A stretch of DNA of 64,000 nucleotides from Sphagnum compactum (Eukaryota), in NCBI GenBank assembly GCA_965153455.1, contig OZ234493.1, positions 4,712,001 to 4,776,000 of the forward strand, in the 5' to 3' direction. The first letter of the stretch is position 1. Each line of letters begins with the position of its first letter. The notes under the pieces were generated by a model that did no database searches, was not told the origin of the DNA, and was given only the letters and a program-made list of their open reading frames with translations. Positions 27,155 through 40,944 of the stretch are shown here, one piece after another. The position numbers and the translations under genes were made by a program.

Positions 27155-29009
27155 TAATGTTGTGTTCTTACAATTAAAGTATTAAAGTAAGAAATAAATA
27201 AATATATTCAATAATGTATTGAATGTTGTGTAATAATCCGTTTGAGTCTTTAACTAATTTAAATTTAATTCCATAATATTACTTTTCATAAAATAATGCA
27301 AAAAGAATACATAAGATCATGTTTCTCTCTATGCAAATACATGTTCATTGAGTGCACGTGATGAAAAAAAAATTATATTAAAATTTCCAAAGTTTAAAAT
27401 TTTGAACCAAAGGATTGCAAAGGGAAAAAAGGTCCTTTTTTAATATACCATATGACTAATTGTTTATATTGATTAGACTTAGAACTTCTAACTCTAGATG
27501 TCAGAAATAATCATGAAAATCAAGTTGTCCATAGAATCTTATTTGAATTTTTTTCTGGGCATTTCTAATTTTGGACCAAAGTATGAGTGAAGAGCAACAC
27601 ACAGCATACAAAAAATCAACATCAAGTGCTGCATGAATTATAATAATATGAACAATTCATTTTATTCTGACTTCAATTTTGTCCTGTGTAGATAGTATTT
27701 GTAAAAACTTATGAAAAGACTGTTGAAATCCTTATTCCAGAAATGGAACCCCAACTGTTTACCCGACCCTGCACAGTAGGTATGTTCCACCTCCAATTTA
27801 GAAGTTTGAGCTTTATATGTACAACTTTAATTCTACACACATGAGCTGTGTACACTACTATATTGCTCTAGCTACACTGAACCCTTATCCACTTCCTTTC
27901 AGAAGTTGAGAATTTCCTAAAGCTATTATATTTCTGTACACAACTTGTTATACACTCCTGGATGGAAGACACAAAAACAAAGACCTGTCAAGTTTCTTAT
28001 GAGCGACAAATGTCAAGTGCCACCACCACTAGTCCAGATATTTGTTCACCTAACTATTGATACACTAGTAGAGTTGAGCCAAAAACTAGCAAATTCCCTC
28101 CAAAACCCCCAAAAAAAAAATTACAAAAGAAAAACAAAAAGGTCAAACTTTGGTCCAAATTAGCTTTGTAAAGCTTTTGAATGTAAGTTCTAATAATGCA
28201 CAGCAGCTGGAGTCAAGATTAGTGGTGGTAGTGAGCAGCCAGGAGAACTAGAGTTCATAAAAATGCATACACAATAGCTGAATCTAGTTTTGTGTTCATA
28301 GTTTCTGGTATGATGCTGATGCTGATGCTGATGCTGATGATGATGATTCTGGATCACATATATACTTACCATTGATCTCCAATTCTTATTATGTAGAAGA
28401 GCTTGCAGTCATGGAGTGAACGAACCTGGAATTTGGAAACAAAACAATTCAAGCTTCTTAGACATATTAAACTTGTGAATCTAGTAATCTAGTGTGCAGA
28501 AGTAATTACATCCCAACCCAAACATCGGATTGCTAGTGAGCTTTGCAGGGATTCAAATTTGAGCTTTAAGGTTGTTTGCAATCCTAGCAGGTCTAGTATA
28601 ATAATACTATTCACTTGTATGATGCACACCAGCTAGCTCTTGATGATTGTTCCCATTATTTTGACCTTGACTCACGTGCACCAAAAAAAAAAGCCGACCA
28701 AGAATTAGTAATACCGCCTGCCTGCAGCAGCTGCAACAAGCTAGCTTCTTCTTCTTCTTCAAGGAACGTTACCCGGGAGTATTTTTTTCATGCAAGAAAT
28801 TACGATCTTATACATGGTGCAGGTCTAACAAAAGAATTTCCTTCAAGGTCGGTGTGTAAATGTGCAATTAAGGCTGGAATCATTGTAGATTCATGTCAGA
28901 GGTAGCTGCAGAACATGACGGAATGCAGCAGGACTGTTGACGGACATGGTCATGGAACCAAAGAGCTTCTTACCGAGTACTAGACGTCGTGTGTTTTGGG
29001 TAGTATTTC

Positions 29010-29228
29010 TTATTCGCGACCTTTGGGCTCGTCGGTATCGTCGTCTTCTGCTTTGTCGTCCTCATCATGAGTCTTTTTGTCCTCATGATCAGTTGAATGC
29101 TTGACCTGTTGCGAAGAATTACGACTCCCGCCACTGAGATGGCTAGGTGCGCAATTACGATGGTTTCGCTCCATTGTCTCCACAAGCTCCGGACATATAT
29201 CGTCTCCATGATGGATGTTTCGTGACAT
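29010..29228 (-). CDS. Short acidic, hydrophilic ORF (72 aa) of unknown function in a putative spliced transcript
   Basis: ATG follows a GAA-repeat leader inside a candidate exon 29353-28974 (TTTTACAG acceptor, CG|GTAAG donor). An upstream CT-repeat first exon ends near 29852. No recognisable domain. Confidence 0.35.
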   Translation of the reverse strand: MSRNIHHGDDICPELVETMERNHRNCAPSHLSGGSRNSSQQVKHSTDHEDKKTHDEDDKAEDDDTDEPKGRE

Positions 29229-29961
29229 CTTTCCCTCCTCTTCTTCTTCTTCTTCTTCTTCTTCTTGTCACAACTTCTTCTGGGCCGCCGCAAACTCCAA
29301 GAAACCCAAAAATAATAATTTTACAGTTCTCCGAAAAAATGGAAATTTTCTCGCTGTAAAAGATTTGCTGCTGCAGCAGATGATCAATGCCTGCTACCAG
29401 CTACCTCGATGCAGTACTAGTGCAGCAGTTATATCTCAAATTATATTCTTCACAAACTTGAATCCCCTAAACTCTTTCTTAAGTCTTGAGCATCTGCAAG
29501 AATGGTAAGTAACCAGCAGCAAAATCAGCTACATGGCCCGTGCCAAAACAAAGAGCTTGCAATTCAAGCTGTATCTTGTACAAGACATTCAAGGAGCTGG
29601 GATTAATTACACAAGATCCAGAAGCTTGAATTTATATGTTACTCCTTTTCTTAAAAGCAGTTATGCGCCATGACAAGACTAGTAGCAGACAAATTATAAG
29701 CAAAACCACATTTTACAAAACATCACCAGCTAGCTACTTCGGATATTTCTTGTAATTGTTAGCAGTTCACATACTCATTTTACATTCCACCTCCAGAAAA
29801 AGAGTACTATTTTTTGGACAATATTTTTGAGGCACTCAAGCAAACCAACACCTGGATAAATTAGTGCATAGAAAGCAGCTAGCTAAAACAAGGTCTTCAG
29901 TTTCACAAAAAACCAAAATTGTCTCAGAAAACAAAGCAACTTCACAAAAACAACAACACAA

Positions 29962-29963
<2 letters not shown>

Positions 29964-29997
<34 letters not shown>
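29964..29997. repeat. (GA)n microsatellite, reading (CT)n on the minus strand
   Basis: Directly visible. Confidence 0.95.
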
Positions 29998-29999
<2 letters not shown>

Positions 30000-32713
30000 A
30001 AAGGTCATGCAAGGAAAAAAATTCAGCCAAACTAGAACTATGAGGAAATGAAAGACGCACCGAATTCTTTTTCCTTTCAGTTGTCGACGACTAAAGTTTC
30101 CAATTTCGGCTGTTGGAAAGTAAAATTCCTTTGCTTGAGATCAATTGTTGTGTACAAAGCAACATCACTCTTGAGAATACTTGACCAAAACACACAGACA
30201 CACACAGACACACTCCCATCAAAACACCCACAACAACCCAGTGCCACTTCCCTTTTAAACCCACCTTCCTTTTGAAATGAATTGGGTTTTGTGAATTGAT
30301 GGAGAAGAAAGTAAGTTGCACACCATTTTAAAGAGCTTACAACTTCTTTCTCTCTTCTCTTGAGAACAAGAAGCAAGTGGGTGTCACAAGAAGAAAGTCT
30401 TTTTTTTTCCCCCTTTTTTGTTGTACTACTACTACCACAAATCCATCTCTTAGTAGGTATGAAACATTCATTAGGAATGGCAAAATTTACCATCCAAGGA
30501 TGAATAATCGTTCAATTATAAATTTGAGAACAACAAGGAAGTGGGTCACAAGAAGAATCAAACCAATGCAAGCCCAATTTTTTTGTTTGTAGTTTGTTGT
30601 GCTACAAATCAATCTTTCTAGTAGGTATAAACATGCGTTAGGAATGGCATTACCCATCACCAATGAATGAATATTCATGATATTTGGACTAGGTGCTCTT
30701 TTTGCCTTAATGGGGGGGGGGGGGGGGGGGCTTTTTCTTTGTTTTATATTTGATTTTGTTTTCCCTCAAATTTTTTATGTAGCCAAAGTGAGAGGATGGA
30801 TCATCCGGTACAAGAAGGTTTAACCAAATTTAAGCATCATCCATCTCAAATTGGTTGGCTACCTACTAGAGCTTATTGTAAAAATTTGGTGAATTTTATT
30901 TTATTTAAAAAATCTTGGCTGATTTTTTGGGTCAATGTTCGAATTTCCAAGAGCTTGATGACATTGGGATGAGGGGAAAGCCTTTGCAATGCTTGTATTT
31001 CTCGTAAGCTTGTCACCTATGCCCCCAAATGTGTTTATGTTTCATTGAAACCATAAAGGTGAGTTCTGATGAAATTTTCCTATCAACATTCACTAAATGA
31101 AATATATATTTTCATCGAATCAATGGTTAACATGATAATTTATAAACCAAAAATAATCAAACAAACAAATCAGCAATCAAAATGTATTGATTATAATACA
31201 TTCTTTTAGTAATGAAGTAATTTTGATGTTCCTTGAAATTGAAAGACCAAAATTACATTGATCAACAATATGCCATCTTTCTTTCATATTGATTTTAAAA
31301 GCAACTAAATCAAAATCAAAAGAAAATCCTTTTACACAGGTCAGAATCAGATGTTTTGGGTAAAAATTTACAAAAATTCAATATGCTAGCACTAGCTCCC
31401 ACATTGAATGGTTACTACTTACTAACATGCTAAACAAATACAATAATGATAAATGCACTTTAGCTTGTAACTAACCAGATATTTTGTCTGCACAAAAGCT
31501 TGATCATTGTCTAACTTCAGCAAGTAAAATTACATCCTATATGTTGCCTTTGCAATCTAGGGATCCGCAATTGCATTATGTGCTTTCAAATGTCCATAAT
31601 CTGGGCCCCTACATAATTTATGTATCCAAGTTGCCATGTCTTTCTCGGAGGAGTTGCTTTGTTTCCAATAAAAGCAAGACCGTTACTACAAATATTAATA
31701 CCTACCTGGGCCAGTTTGACACTAAATTCTATTATTTTCAGAGATATTGAAAATTTCAAAAAAATAAATTCTTTTTCAGAAAATTTTTTTCTGAAGGAAA
31801 ATACAAGGTCTGATGGAATATATGGGAATTTGTTATTTTTTGAAATGAAATTGTCAAAATTAATTAATTATTTGACAAACATGTTAAAGAGGTGGGTCTG
31901 GAAAACATGGTGGGGATGGGGTGGGGGGAATCACTTGCCAACATGACTCCCCTCATTGGCTGCAAATTGCTTTGACCCATACTGCTAGGTTATAAACCCC
32001 AATAGCTTCCAAGAGGAATAGGGATGCTGGTAAAACTTTTATGGTTTTTTTATTTTCAATTTTGTCGTATCAAAAATTTGGCAAATTTTCCCAAAAGAAT
32101 ATATAAATATATAAATATATATATAATTAAATTTACAATATAATTTCATTTTGCCCAAATTTAACAATTCTTTTTGTTGAAACAACATTTTTAAAAAAAC
32201 ACCGATTTACCATATCTGTAACCTGTTGAGATAAATCATAATTTTCATCAATATATTTAATTTTCTTTACAAAAAAGGATCTGATAGCTTCAATGTGAAT
32301 ACTTCAAAATTTCCTGACCACTTACCATCCCATCCACTTCAACAGCAAACAGTTTTCTGTTGGGTTTTTATATTGTTGAAAATTTGCCAAAAAGAAAAGA
32401 AAATAAAAATTAGAAGTTGGAAAACTAAGTGATTTTGGAGGTCTTCAATTGCCAGATTTGTATATTTGGTTTTCAGTGTGTAGCCAAAAACATAGAAGTA
32501 TGATTACAGATTGTGTACTTCATATTTGGTTTATAGCTGTATTTCATTAAATCTTCTTAGGGATGATTGCCACTTTTTCTACATATTCCTATGGATGATC
32601 CAGACTTTGGCTACAAACAAAAATTCCTAAAAGAACCCCTGGGTATGGTTTAGGGTTTGGTTGAGATCTTGTGCTAGGGTCTCTCTTTCAAGGTGAATAG
32701 TTCTTACCAGCCA

Positions 32714-33097
32714 GCCAGATTGGATGAGCACCCACCAGCACACCATCCACTGCATGCCCATTGTTACTCAGTTGTGGATGAATCTCACCTGAGTTAATAT
32801 TTCATTTCACCTTAGTGACCTATTTTGGAAGAAATAGGTCCTCCTATATGTAGGTAGATAGGTAGGATAATATGTAAATACTAAGCAAGTAGATGGTTTA
32901 ATACATAGGAAAATGCTGTTTTTACTACCTACCTCCTAACAACCTGCTTGGGGGTTGTTACTAGGAATTTAGTAAAAAGAAACTGGGCAAACAACCAGGG
33001 TTATTAGCTAGAGAACTAGAACCCAACAGAAAACTGTTTCCTGACCACTTACCATCCATCCTTCATGGTGTGCTGTGGGTGCTGGTTCACTCTGGCC
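32714..33097. mobile_element. MITE family A, copy 2
   Basis: Collinear with 3716-4022. Ends GGGTGCTGGTTCACTCTGGCC. Confidence 0.85.
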
Positions 33098-35600
33098 ATT
33101 CCTACCATGGTTGGTTCACCCATTGTCCTTAATGTTCAAAGTTTGAACCCTAAGTTAAGGCCTGCATAACCTTGCAATTAGGGTGTTTATTTTGTAATTA
33201 AATTATTGTCAATAAATGTCAATTCTTCTCAGAAATTAGCTGCTTGCAATGCGAAAATCTCTAGAAAATTTTGTTTGATATTATTATTTGATTACCTGCC
33301 CTAAAGCTTGGTAGTGCAGTGTGCCTAAATATTACAAAATTACTTTGGCACTTTTTTTCCCAACCTCAACTGTAGAAATTTTAACAAAATTCAATTCTTA
33401 CTGCCAAAGTAAATAAAAATATACTCATCAAGAAGATGCCAGAATGATAAAGGTGCTTACTTGGTATTGAGTGTTTGACTTAATTTTTCCATTTTTCGAA
33501 TTTTTGAGATAATCGTAGAACTTAAATAAATAAAGAAAAATACTGTTTGCAATGACTCCAATAGTTGGGTTTGGCTATTCTTAGTAACAGCATGCAATGT
33601 GCATGGCATCTTGGGGACGATTGATCCCATAGCCACTTGCAACATGGCCATGAATCCTAACCCCTTGAATATTTGGTTGATGCTTGACACCATCATCATC
33701 ATCATCATCAATGGGCATTAAAATAAGTAAAATAATTGGCATAAGATTTTACTTATTTTGTACCACAAATAATTCTAGTGCACATAATTGTACAAAGTTT
33801 TTAAAACTTTAGAAATAGGTCATTTGGACTAGGAGGCTATCACACAGTAAGGTCGAATTTAAATTTGAAGAATTAATTATTAGTGTCTCCAAAGAGTCCC
33901 AAAGAGGTATTTTGGTATAATTTCACGGATAATATGTGAATATGGTATCCATATTCAAGTGTCTTCATTCTTCTTAGGAATCATGACAACTAGCACCATG
34001 GGGGAGGGGGGCACAATAACATTTAACAGACGAATTCACTTGTATATAAATGTTGTCCTTTTTTATTGGTCTATTTTGTGTGAATTAATGGTCCCAACTC
34101 ACAAGGTAAAGCTTTGAAATGTTGCCTTTTTTTTAATTAGTTTTTTTATTCGGATTTTTTTATAAAAATCCCTTTGTTTTAGAAACCAATTTCAAGTTTT
34201 TAAGGCTTTCATTTAGGTATTTTCCTTCTTCCCCTCTAAACTTCTTGGTTCCAAGGAAGCAAACGAGTTAGTTAGTATCTTGGAAAAAAGAGCTTCTTTG
34301 GAGGCTTCGGAATTGAACAGAATGTTATTGACAACAGACTCCTATTTCAAAATCAAAACCTACAACTATAGTACTTGAACGATTTTGGCAATAAACTGTC
34401 AAATAATTGAGTAACTTTTAAATCTTAACTTCAGCACTTGGTTTTTTAATTTTGAAATTTTCTGTATATAAAATAATAAACAATCTCTTTTCAAGGTTGT
34501 GGAACAATCTAGTGTGTCCAGACTATTTTTGTCTTAAGTCTCAATATTTTGAAGGATGAAAAATAATTTAATTTATGCCGAATCCATTCAGGTACTACCA
34601 TAATTTGATCGAAACATTTCTTTCATCTCATCTGTGGGTCATTAATTTTTAGAAGTGGAACTTTGAATGACAAATGGTATCAAATTGACTTTACTGAATT
34701 TGTTTTTTTCACCCGATTGCATTACATGGGGGTCCAAAATGATTGGTGAGATCATTTTCATAATTTTTAAATAGTGAAAATTATGATACTAGCGACAAAT
34801 AAGTGAAAAAATGCCACGTAGATTCTGGATGGCACAAAGTTGCAGTAAAAACTAAAAACATGGTTAAATTCACTTCTACTTAATATGGCTCCTAAAAGTA
34901 GAAGTAAATGTGGGCCATATTAGAATAAAATCTCCGAGTTTCCCTCATCCCTAATATTGTGACTTATAAAAGATACAATAGGTAAAATGTAGTAAATGGG
35001 TTCACAATTTCAGTCTCTACTATTTGGGCTATTTTAAAGCAGAATATTGTTTCAAAAATAATTGCAACATTATATTCTTGTAGAGCAATATACTTATTGA
35101 TTTTAAAAAAAGAACATATATTTTGTTGGAGGATTGGTTTTAAACCACTTTTTAAAGTCCCTCCCATTGTCACATCTACTAATTGGTTGATTTTACATGT
35201 TAGCTTCCACACCCTAACTAGGTTCCCTATTTTGGACAATAATATCTAGAATGTCCTTATGGTGCACATTTGACCCATCTCCTCTTGCAAGGTCCATACT
35301 TGAGACCAAAGTTTTCCTTTTTGGCTTTCCCCCTTCAGGGTAGACACTCTTGATGGGTCCATACTTGGTTTCCAATTGAGTATGTTGAATATGATCTAGC
35401 TTAGTAGGTTGTTGGTCCACCACCCTCGAATATGACAAATTGTCTTTGCAAAAAAGCAACACGTGAGAATATAAACTGAGGTGGAGAAATAAGCAAACAT
35501 TGAATGTGTGGTTTTACACATTCGTAGGCTCGGACACAAACTCAATCAATATCATCATCATACACAAAGTGGATGAGTGTAGAATATATCATTTATGTTT

Positions 35601-35857
35601 GTTGGCCTTGCCTACCAAGGCAAGGACATTGTGTTTAAATTCATTATAGAGTATAGTAGCTTTTAAGGGATTTTGGCCCCTAGGTAATTGGTCTATTTTT
35701 ATACAAGAATTTTTGAAAGATGATATTTTGGCTTGTGTTGAAACTTGAGATTAGTTATAATATCTGGAAGGATTTTGGTTTCTTTTAGAGGATTTTTCGA
35801 AGATTACAGTTTTGCATGGTGATATATTTGAGTTTCCATAATTCTTGTTTTGCCTTA
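35601..35857 (+). repeat. Dispersed ~265-bp repeat, copy 2
   Basis: Collinear with 2255-2522; begins with the inverted repeat CCTTGCCT-ACCA-AGGCAAGG. Confidence 0.85.
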
Positions 35858-36460
35858 TGTTGTGGATCCAGGATCTTGAATAGTGCAATATTTTGGGTGG
35901 GAAGGGAGGAAGTGAGGGAGCAAGGGAGGAGGGGAGGGATGAGGTAGGTGGGTATGAGAGAATCTAAACTTAAAAGTGTTTTAACCTAGCTTGTGGTGGG
36001 TGGTGGTTCTTGACTTTTACAAAGAACCTCTGGTTTCACTTCTAAAAAGTAAATTAGAATGGTTTTGATTCTAGTTCCAAATTTTCAAAAATTTAAATTT
36101 GGGTTCTGATTTCAATTTTGGAGCTTTTCAAAATAAATAAGTAAATAATTTTTGGTTTCAATTTTGAAAATCAAACCAGTTCTAGGTAACCCCAACTAGA
36201 ACCTGTGGTAACTGTCATAAGCTCTAACTTTCAGTTCTTTTTCCTCAATTTTTTTTTTAAATACCAAAAATCTCAATTTTGATCTGGTTTTTGGTTTCAC
36301 ACTGGAAGTGTGATTCTAGGTTCAGTTTTTCATTTTTTTGAAGAATTGATTCTGATTATAAAACTGATTCCAAACTTAGACCCAATTTTGGTTCTCTCAT
36401 TATTAATCAAAACTAGAACCCATAGTTAACTCTCCAAACCAAGTACTTGCACAATACTAG
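35858..36460. repeat. GGAACC/GGTTCC-motif repeat, possibly a hAT-like non-autonomous element; related tracts at 1-360, 17790-18030, 22560-22700, 24280-24455
   Basis: Dense, degenerate GAACC/GGTTC motifs. Weak TGTTGTG...CACAATACTA ends. Confidence 0.5.
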
Positions 36461-36679
36461 CCTAATAAGAGGGCTAACTACCGAATAAGGCATTTGGACT
36501 TGGTACATGTCAAAGTATGAGTTTTCAACATCCAACACGCTTTTCAATCAACACCAAGATAGACAACTTGTCAAAAACATATGGACCCTACTATTGCGAT
36601 CAAAGGAGTTTTTATGATATTGTAGTTGATGGGGGAAACAAATTGAGGACTGAAGTTTTGTAATTTAATTACACGATAT

Positions 36680-37300
36680 ATAGGTTTATGGTCAGTCCAA
36701 TAAGTTTTAGTGGATTAAAAAAATATTGTAGTGATGGTGAGTTAGTCCATATACAGTTTATTTTGTGTTGTAAACTATGATTGATTCAGAAAGTAATTGT
36801 TGTAAATGTCATTGTTTCATGAACATTTGTAATATTTTTTATTCAATTGTTTTTATTAGAATGTTCACATTGAAATCTCGTATAATTATTAGGATTGGAA
36901 ACTATGTGGGCACTTTCTACAATTTTTTTTGAATGGAAATAAAGTAATCTATTTGCATTTTAGGTGGTTTATAAATCATGATTATTATATGCAATGCTTC
37001 ATGCATATTTCCATTCAGTGTTCCACAAATAAATTTTGCACCATGGTCTATTATTGAATGCCATTTCGAAATTGAAATAGTTTTGTCATAAAGCATCATC
37101 ATGCCATGTTGCTCATAAGAACATAAAATGCTGAATTTTTTTAATAATGCATTATGAATTTCTTTGTTTGCATAAATATTTTCAATTTTTGTGTCATTGA
37201 TACAAAGAATTTGAGATGCTAATAGGTTTTGGTCAGCTAATATGTTGTTATAATTCAAGTTTAAAGAATGTATATATACATTTCAAGACACATGAACATG
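36680..37300 (-). pseudogene. Decayed AP-endonuclease-like (EEP fold) domain, transposon-derived
   Basis: ORF 36917..37258 plus flanking frames give N..HSL, ILCINDTK (cf. CLxET), IYKPP, IIIRDFNV (cf. GDFN, 36880-36869) and YWTDHKP (cf. SDH, 36702-36682), in canonical order. Confidence 0.75.
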
Positions 37301-38854
37301 GGATTTGATGCATACTCACATTGGGTGTAAATCAATAGGGTTTGCATGGAAAGTGACATATTTTGGGAAGAAGATATCTATAGAAGTTGACTTGTCCATT
37401 CACATGCATTAGTGAGTGTGTGAAGTTAAAAATATATTCCACAATGTCAACATTTAATCCATGTCTTAGAAGGTATAGTCAATAAAATTGACTTAACAAG
37501 TCGTAAGTGATGTTTTAACTTTGGTTAATATATTTGTTTGGGGTGGTGAAACTTGGTGAATTTTAAACATGATGGAACTTTTTTCATGTGACATGTTCCT
37601 AGATTTCAAAACAATTAAATAATTGTAGGAATGTATTTTTAATATAAAGCATGGTGTTTTATCGATGATTCCAAAATATCTGTAACATTTGGATCGATGA
37701 AATGTTACTTGGACTTTCAAATCATAAAAAAATTTGGCATGTTTTTCTCAACAACCCCATTTAAAAGACATGACACCTAAGAATGTGTAGATAGTTATGA
37801 AATTTCACTAATTATTTTGACCCATACCAACACATACTTTACATTTCTATTCGATTATACACCTTGCTTTTATGACATGTGTATGTGTCCATTGTACATT
37901 ACATTTTGGCTTGATGTTTCAACATCACACATTAGTCATGGCCTTTAACACCTATCTACAAACATATTACCAACCCAATCAAATAATTCTTATTTTACAT
38001 GTTTTGGATTGCAAAGACATTGTAATAAAACATTTTATGCCACAATGGCCTCTATACTAACCAACAAAAAGTGTCATGCCATCTTGAACTATTATCTTGG
38101 ATTAAACATTCAGCTTGAAAAGTATGATGAAACAATGTTGCCATTATTATGATTGAATGAATGTGTCAATTTAATAAGTTTTGTAGAAACCTCATCATAC
38201 ATAAATATAACCTCAAGGCCAAGATTCTTCCAATGTCTTTTGTTTCTTTGCTCCTCCAAATGCAACCTTAGCCTTAGCTATTAAGGCTACTCCAACCTGT
38301 GTATCCCTTATGTTTCTTTTAGTGCCATGGTACATTTTGCTAGAAAATAGACCTAGGATAGTCCCAATGTTGTGACATGAAAAACACCCTATACTCAAGA
38401 TTTTTTTTTTTTTTTTGCCTACTTGAATATCATGTTTTGCAATATATGTTTATAATTTTTAGGAATGTAATAATGATAAAGATATGGGTAAATTACTAGC
38501 ATTTTACACAAAGGTTTGAAAACTCACCCAAAAGAATCAAAATATGTAGGATAATGTTTTGTAATCCCCGTTGTGGTGAATGGTGCGTCCCCAATTTGAC
38601 CAAGCCCTTCACTAGAATTATGAATAATTTCCAACTCTACCACACGTTATGGGAACAAATTTTGAATGAACATATGTAGTTCAAAAGTCAAGTTGGTGCC
38701 AAAGTTTCTAAATTCAATGCCTATTGCCATAAATCCTTGGGTCCCATCATGACCAACTTGCATTATAAGGAATTTTGTCCATACCAACCCACACATTTGC
38801 GACTTGTGTCCAAATCACCATTTTTTTTACTATTGATGCGACTATCCTTCGTGA

Positions 38855-40944
38855 CACAATGGTAAAAACAACTTGTAGTCATAAAAACAACTAAAAAGTG
38901 GTTTGTAGTTGCATATGCAACTATGATTTGCAACTAATGTCAGTTTGGATGAAAGTGATAATAAAAAGTGGACGTATATCAAATTTTTTTAGTGGCATTT
39001 CAAAATAGATGAAAATGTAGTTTTTTTGTGACTTGGGATGTGGCTCATAGGCCATTAGACACCACGTGGCATCTTATTCAACTTCAATTGCGACTGTAAA
39101 TCCTAGTTACTAATTTATATGAAATTAAATGTAACAAAAATGAGTTGGCCCATGAAATTGTTGGACTTTGTGATCTATTTTTTTTCCTTAGTGTTTTTTT
39201 AATGAACTAACCCTTAAATGTGTAGTAGGGTTTAGGAGTTTTGTGAAACTTTAGAGGACCCATGGCAATGGTAAATATGGACAATTATTTAAAATTTCCA
39301 ACATTAAATTTATCATGTTGATATATCATAGCTTTTTTAATTAATTAATTAGGTAGGTCATGCAATTAGTTTATTTAAAAATGAATTTAAATAACAATTA
39401 GTAGTTAAGTAGGATATATTATAGGAAGTATGTACATGGGTTAAATAATAAATGGTAGGGGTAATTAATATGTGATAACTTTTTTTGTATAAATTAATTA
39501 CTTAATTAAGTAGACTATGTAATTAATCTAGTTATTAGGCTAGGTAGTAGGGTTAATTTATGATCCATTTATAAAGCTTATATGTGAGTAAGTTATATTA
39601 TATATATATATAGGTAAAATTATAATATATTATAAGAAAAATGATATAATATAACTTTTAAAATCAAATAGAGGTTTGAGATGTGAAAAATATATAATTT
39701 ATTTTTACATTTTTAAAATCATAATTTTACTTTAAATCTTAATATATTATAAATGTAAAAGTTAAAAAATTATAGTTCCATAAAATCAATTAATTATATA
39801 GCATTAATTAATATTTAAAAATTAAAATCGAATTTTAACTTAATCTTTTACATCAGAAATAATATAATTATTATATTATGTTATGTTATATTATAATTTA
39901 TTTATATCCATTTATAAATATTATATGTGAATAAATTATATATCACACATTTAAAATAAATTCTATTATTAAAATTATTATATGCAAAACAAATTGTATA
40001 ATGTAATTTTTAGGATCAAATGAAAGTTTAAGATACAAAATATACAATTTATTTGTTATTATATTATCCACAAATGTTTTTTCCATTCATAAATCATGTG
40101 CTTGAATTAATTTTTTCCAAGGAATGGTCGTTGAAATGGTATTCAATAAAAAAATTCAAATATTTTTCTTTTCAATTAAATTTACATTTTTGAAAGAAAA
40201 AAATAAAAGTTTTGTACATTATTGAAAAAAATTTAAGATTAAACTTTGAATCTTGCCATTTGAACAAATTATCAATAAGATATCAAAAATCAAAAATGAT
40301 GTTTTATGTAATCTTTTGAATCAAGTAAGGTAAATAGAATGCACATTGCCATATTGTCACCAAAATTGAGGTGATTTGGTGCTAAAGGAGTTGATCTCCA
40401 TCCTTGTGGTCCAAGGATCAATTTTCAAAAATGACATGTGTTGTGGTCAATAATGGTAAATTGATTGAATATTCCTTACTTACAAAGCCTACTAGGTAGA
40501 CAAGGTGGCCTATCTAATAACTTAAATTGAGTTTTTAGTCGAACCTAGATAATGACACGTGTCAAAACTTATAAGTTGAAATTAATGAAATTATCAACAA
40601 TTTAATATATATATATATACAACATTATTATTATTTTAATATTTTAATATTAAATATTTTAAAATATCTATATAATGTGACTACATTGTTTAGTCGTAAA
40701 AGCAGTTACAAAACGACAGTGCCACATAAGCTAATTTGGATGGATGAAATGTTCATGTAAGTTGCATCTTCATGTGATTGCCATTGCAACTTGGTGCCAT
40801 GTATTGTTCCACGTATTGTCTTTTGCAATTGAAATTTTATGTGATTTGTCTAAGGCAACTAGAGCAAATTGTACTCACATGTGGCATTTATGACTGAAAA
40901 TTAGTTGAAAAAACCAATCGTTAATATGGAAATTCCTTGTAGTG
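38855..40944. mobile_element. Probable non-autonomous CACTA-like element
   Basis: Left CACAATGGTAAAAAC and right ...ATTCCTTGTAGTG. Subterminal GCAACT/GACT/AGTTG repeats and a very AT-rich core. No convincing TSD. Confidence 0.55.

Larger units (their letters stand above)
24826..30060 (-). other. Putative multi-exon transcription unit (lncRNA or small-peptide gene)
   Basis: (CT)n leader at 29964-29997. Candidate exons ~30050-29852, 29353-28974, 28425-28370 and 24873-24826, with AG/GT boundaries all on the minus strand. Confidence 0.4.

Noticed and set aside
28900..29900. Possible pri-miRNA hairpin
   Set aside because: I found no long fold-back or conserved plant miRNA sequence by eye; an RNAfold scan would be needed to exclude it fully.
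30360..30680. ~165-bp tandem duplication (similar small duplications at 865-1040 and 8781-8917)
   Set aside because: Ordinary diverged local duplications with no sign of function.
30712..30730. Poly-G/poly-C runs (also ~22848-22865 and ~62433-62454)
   Set aside because: Simple homopolymers of uncertain length; no evidence of function.
33843..34961. CACAGT.../...ATTGTG ends resembling Transib or RSS heptamers
   Set aside because: The match is only about 6 bp and no TSD was found; it may be a repeat but is unclassifiable here.
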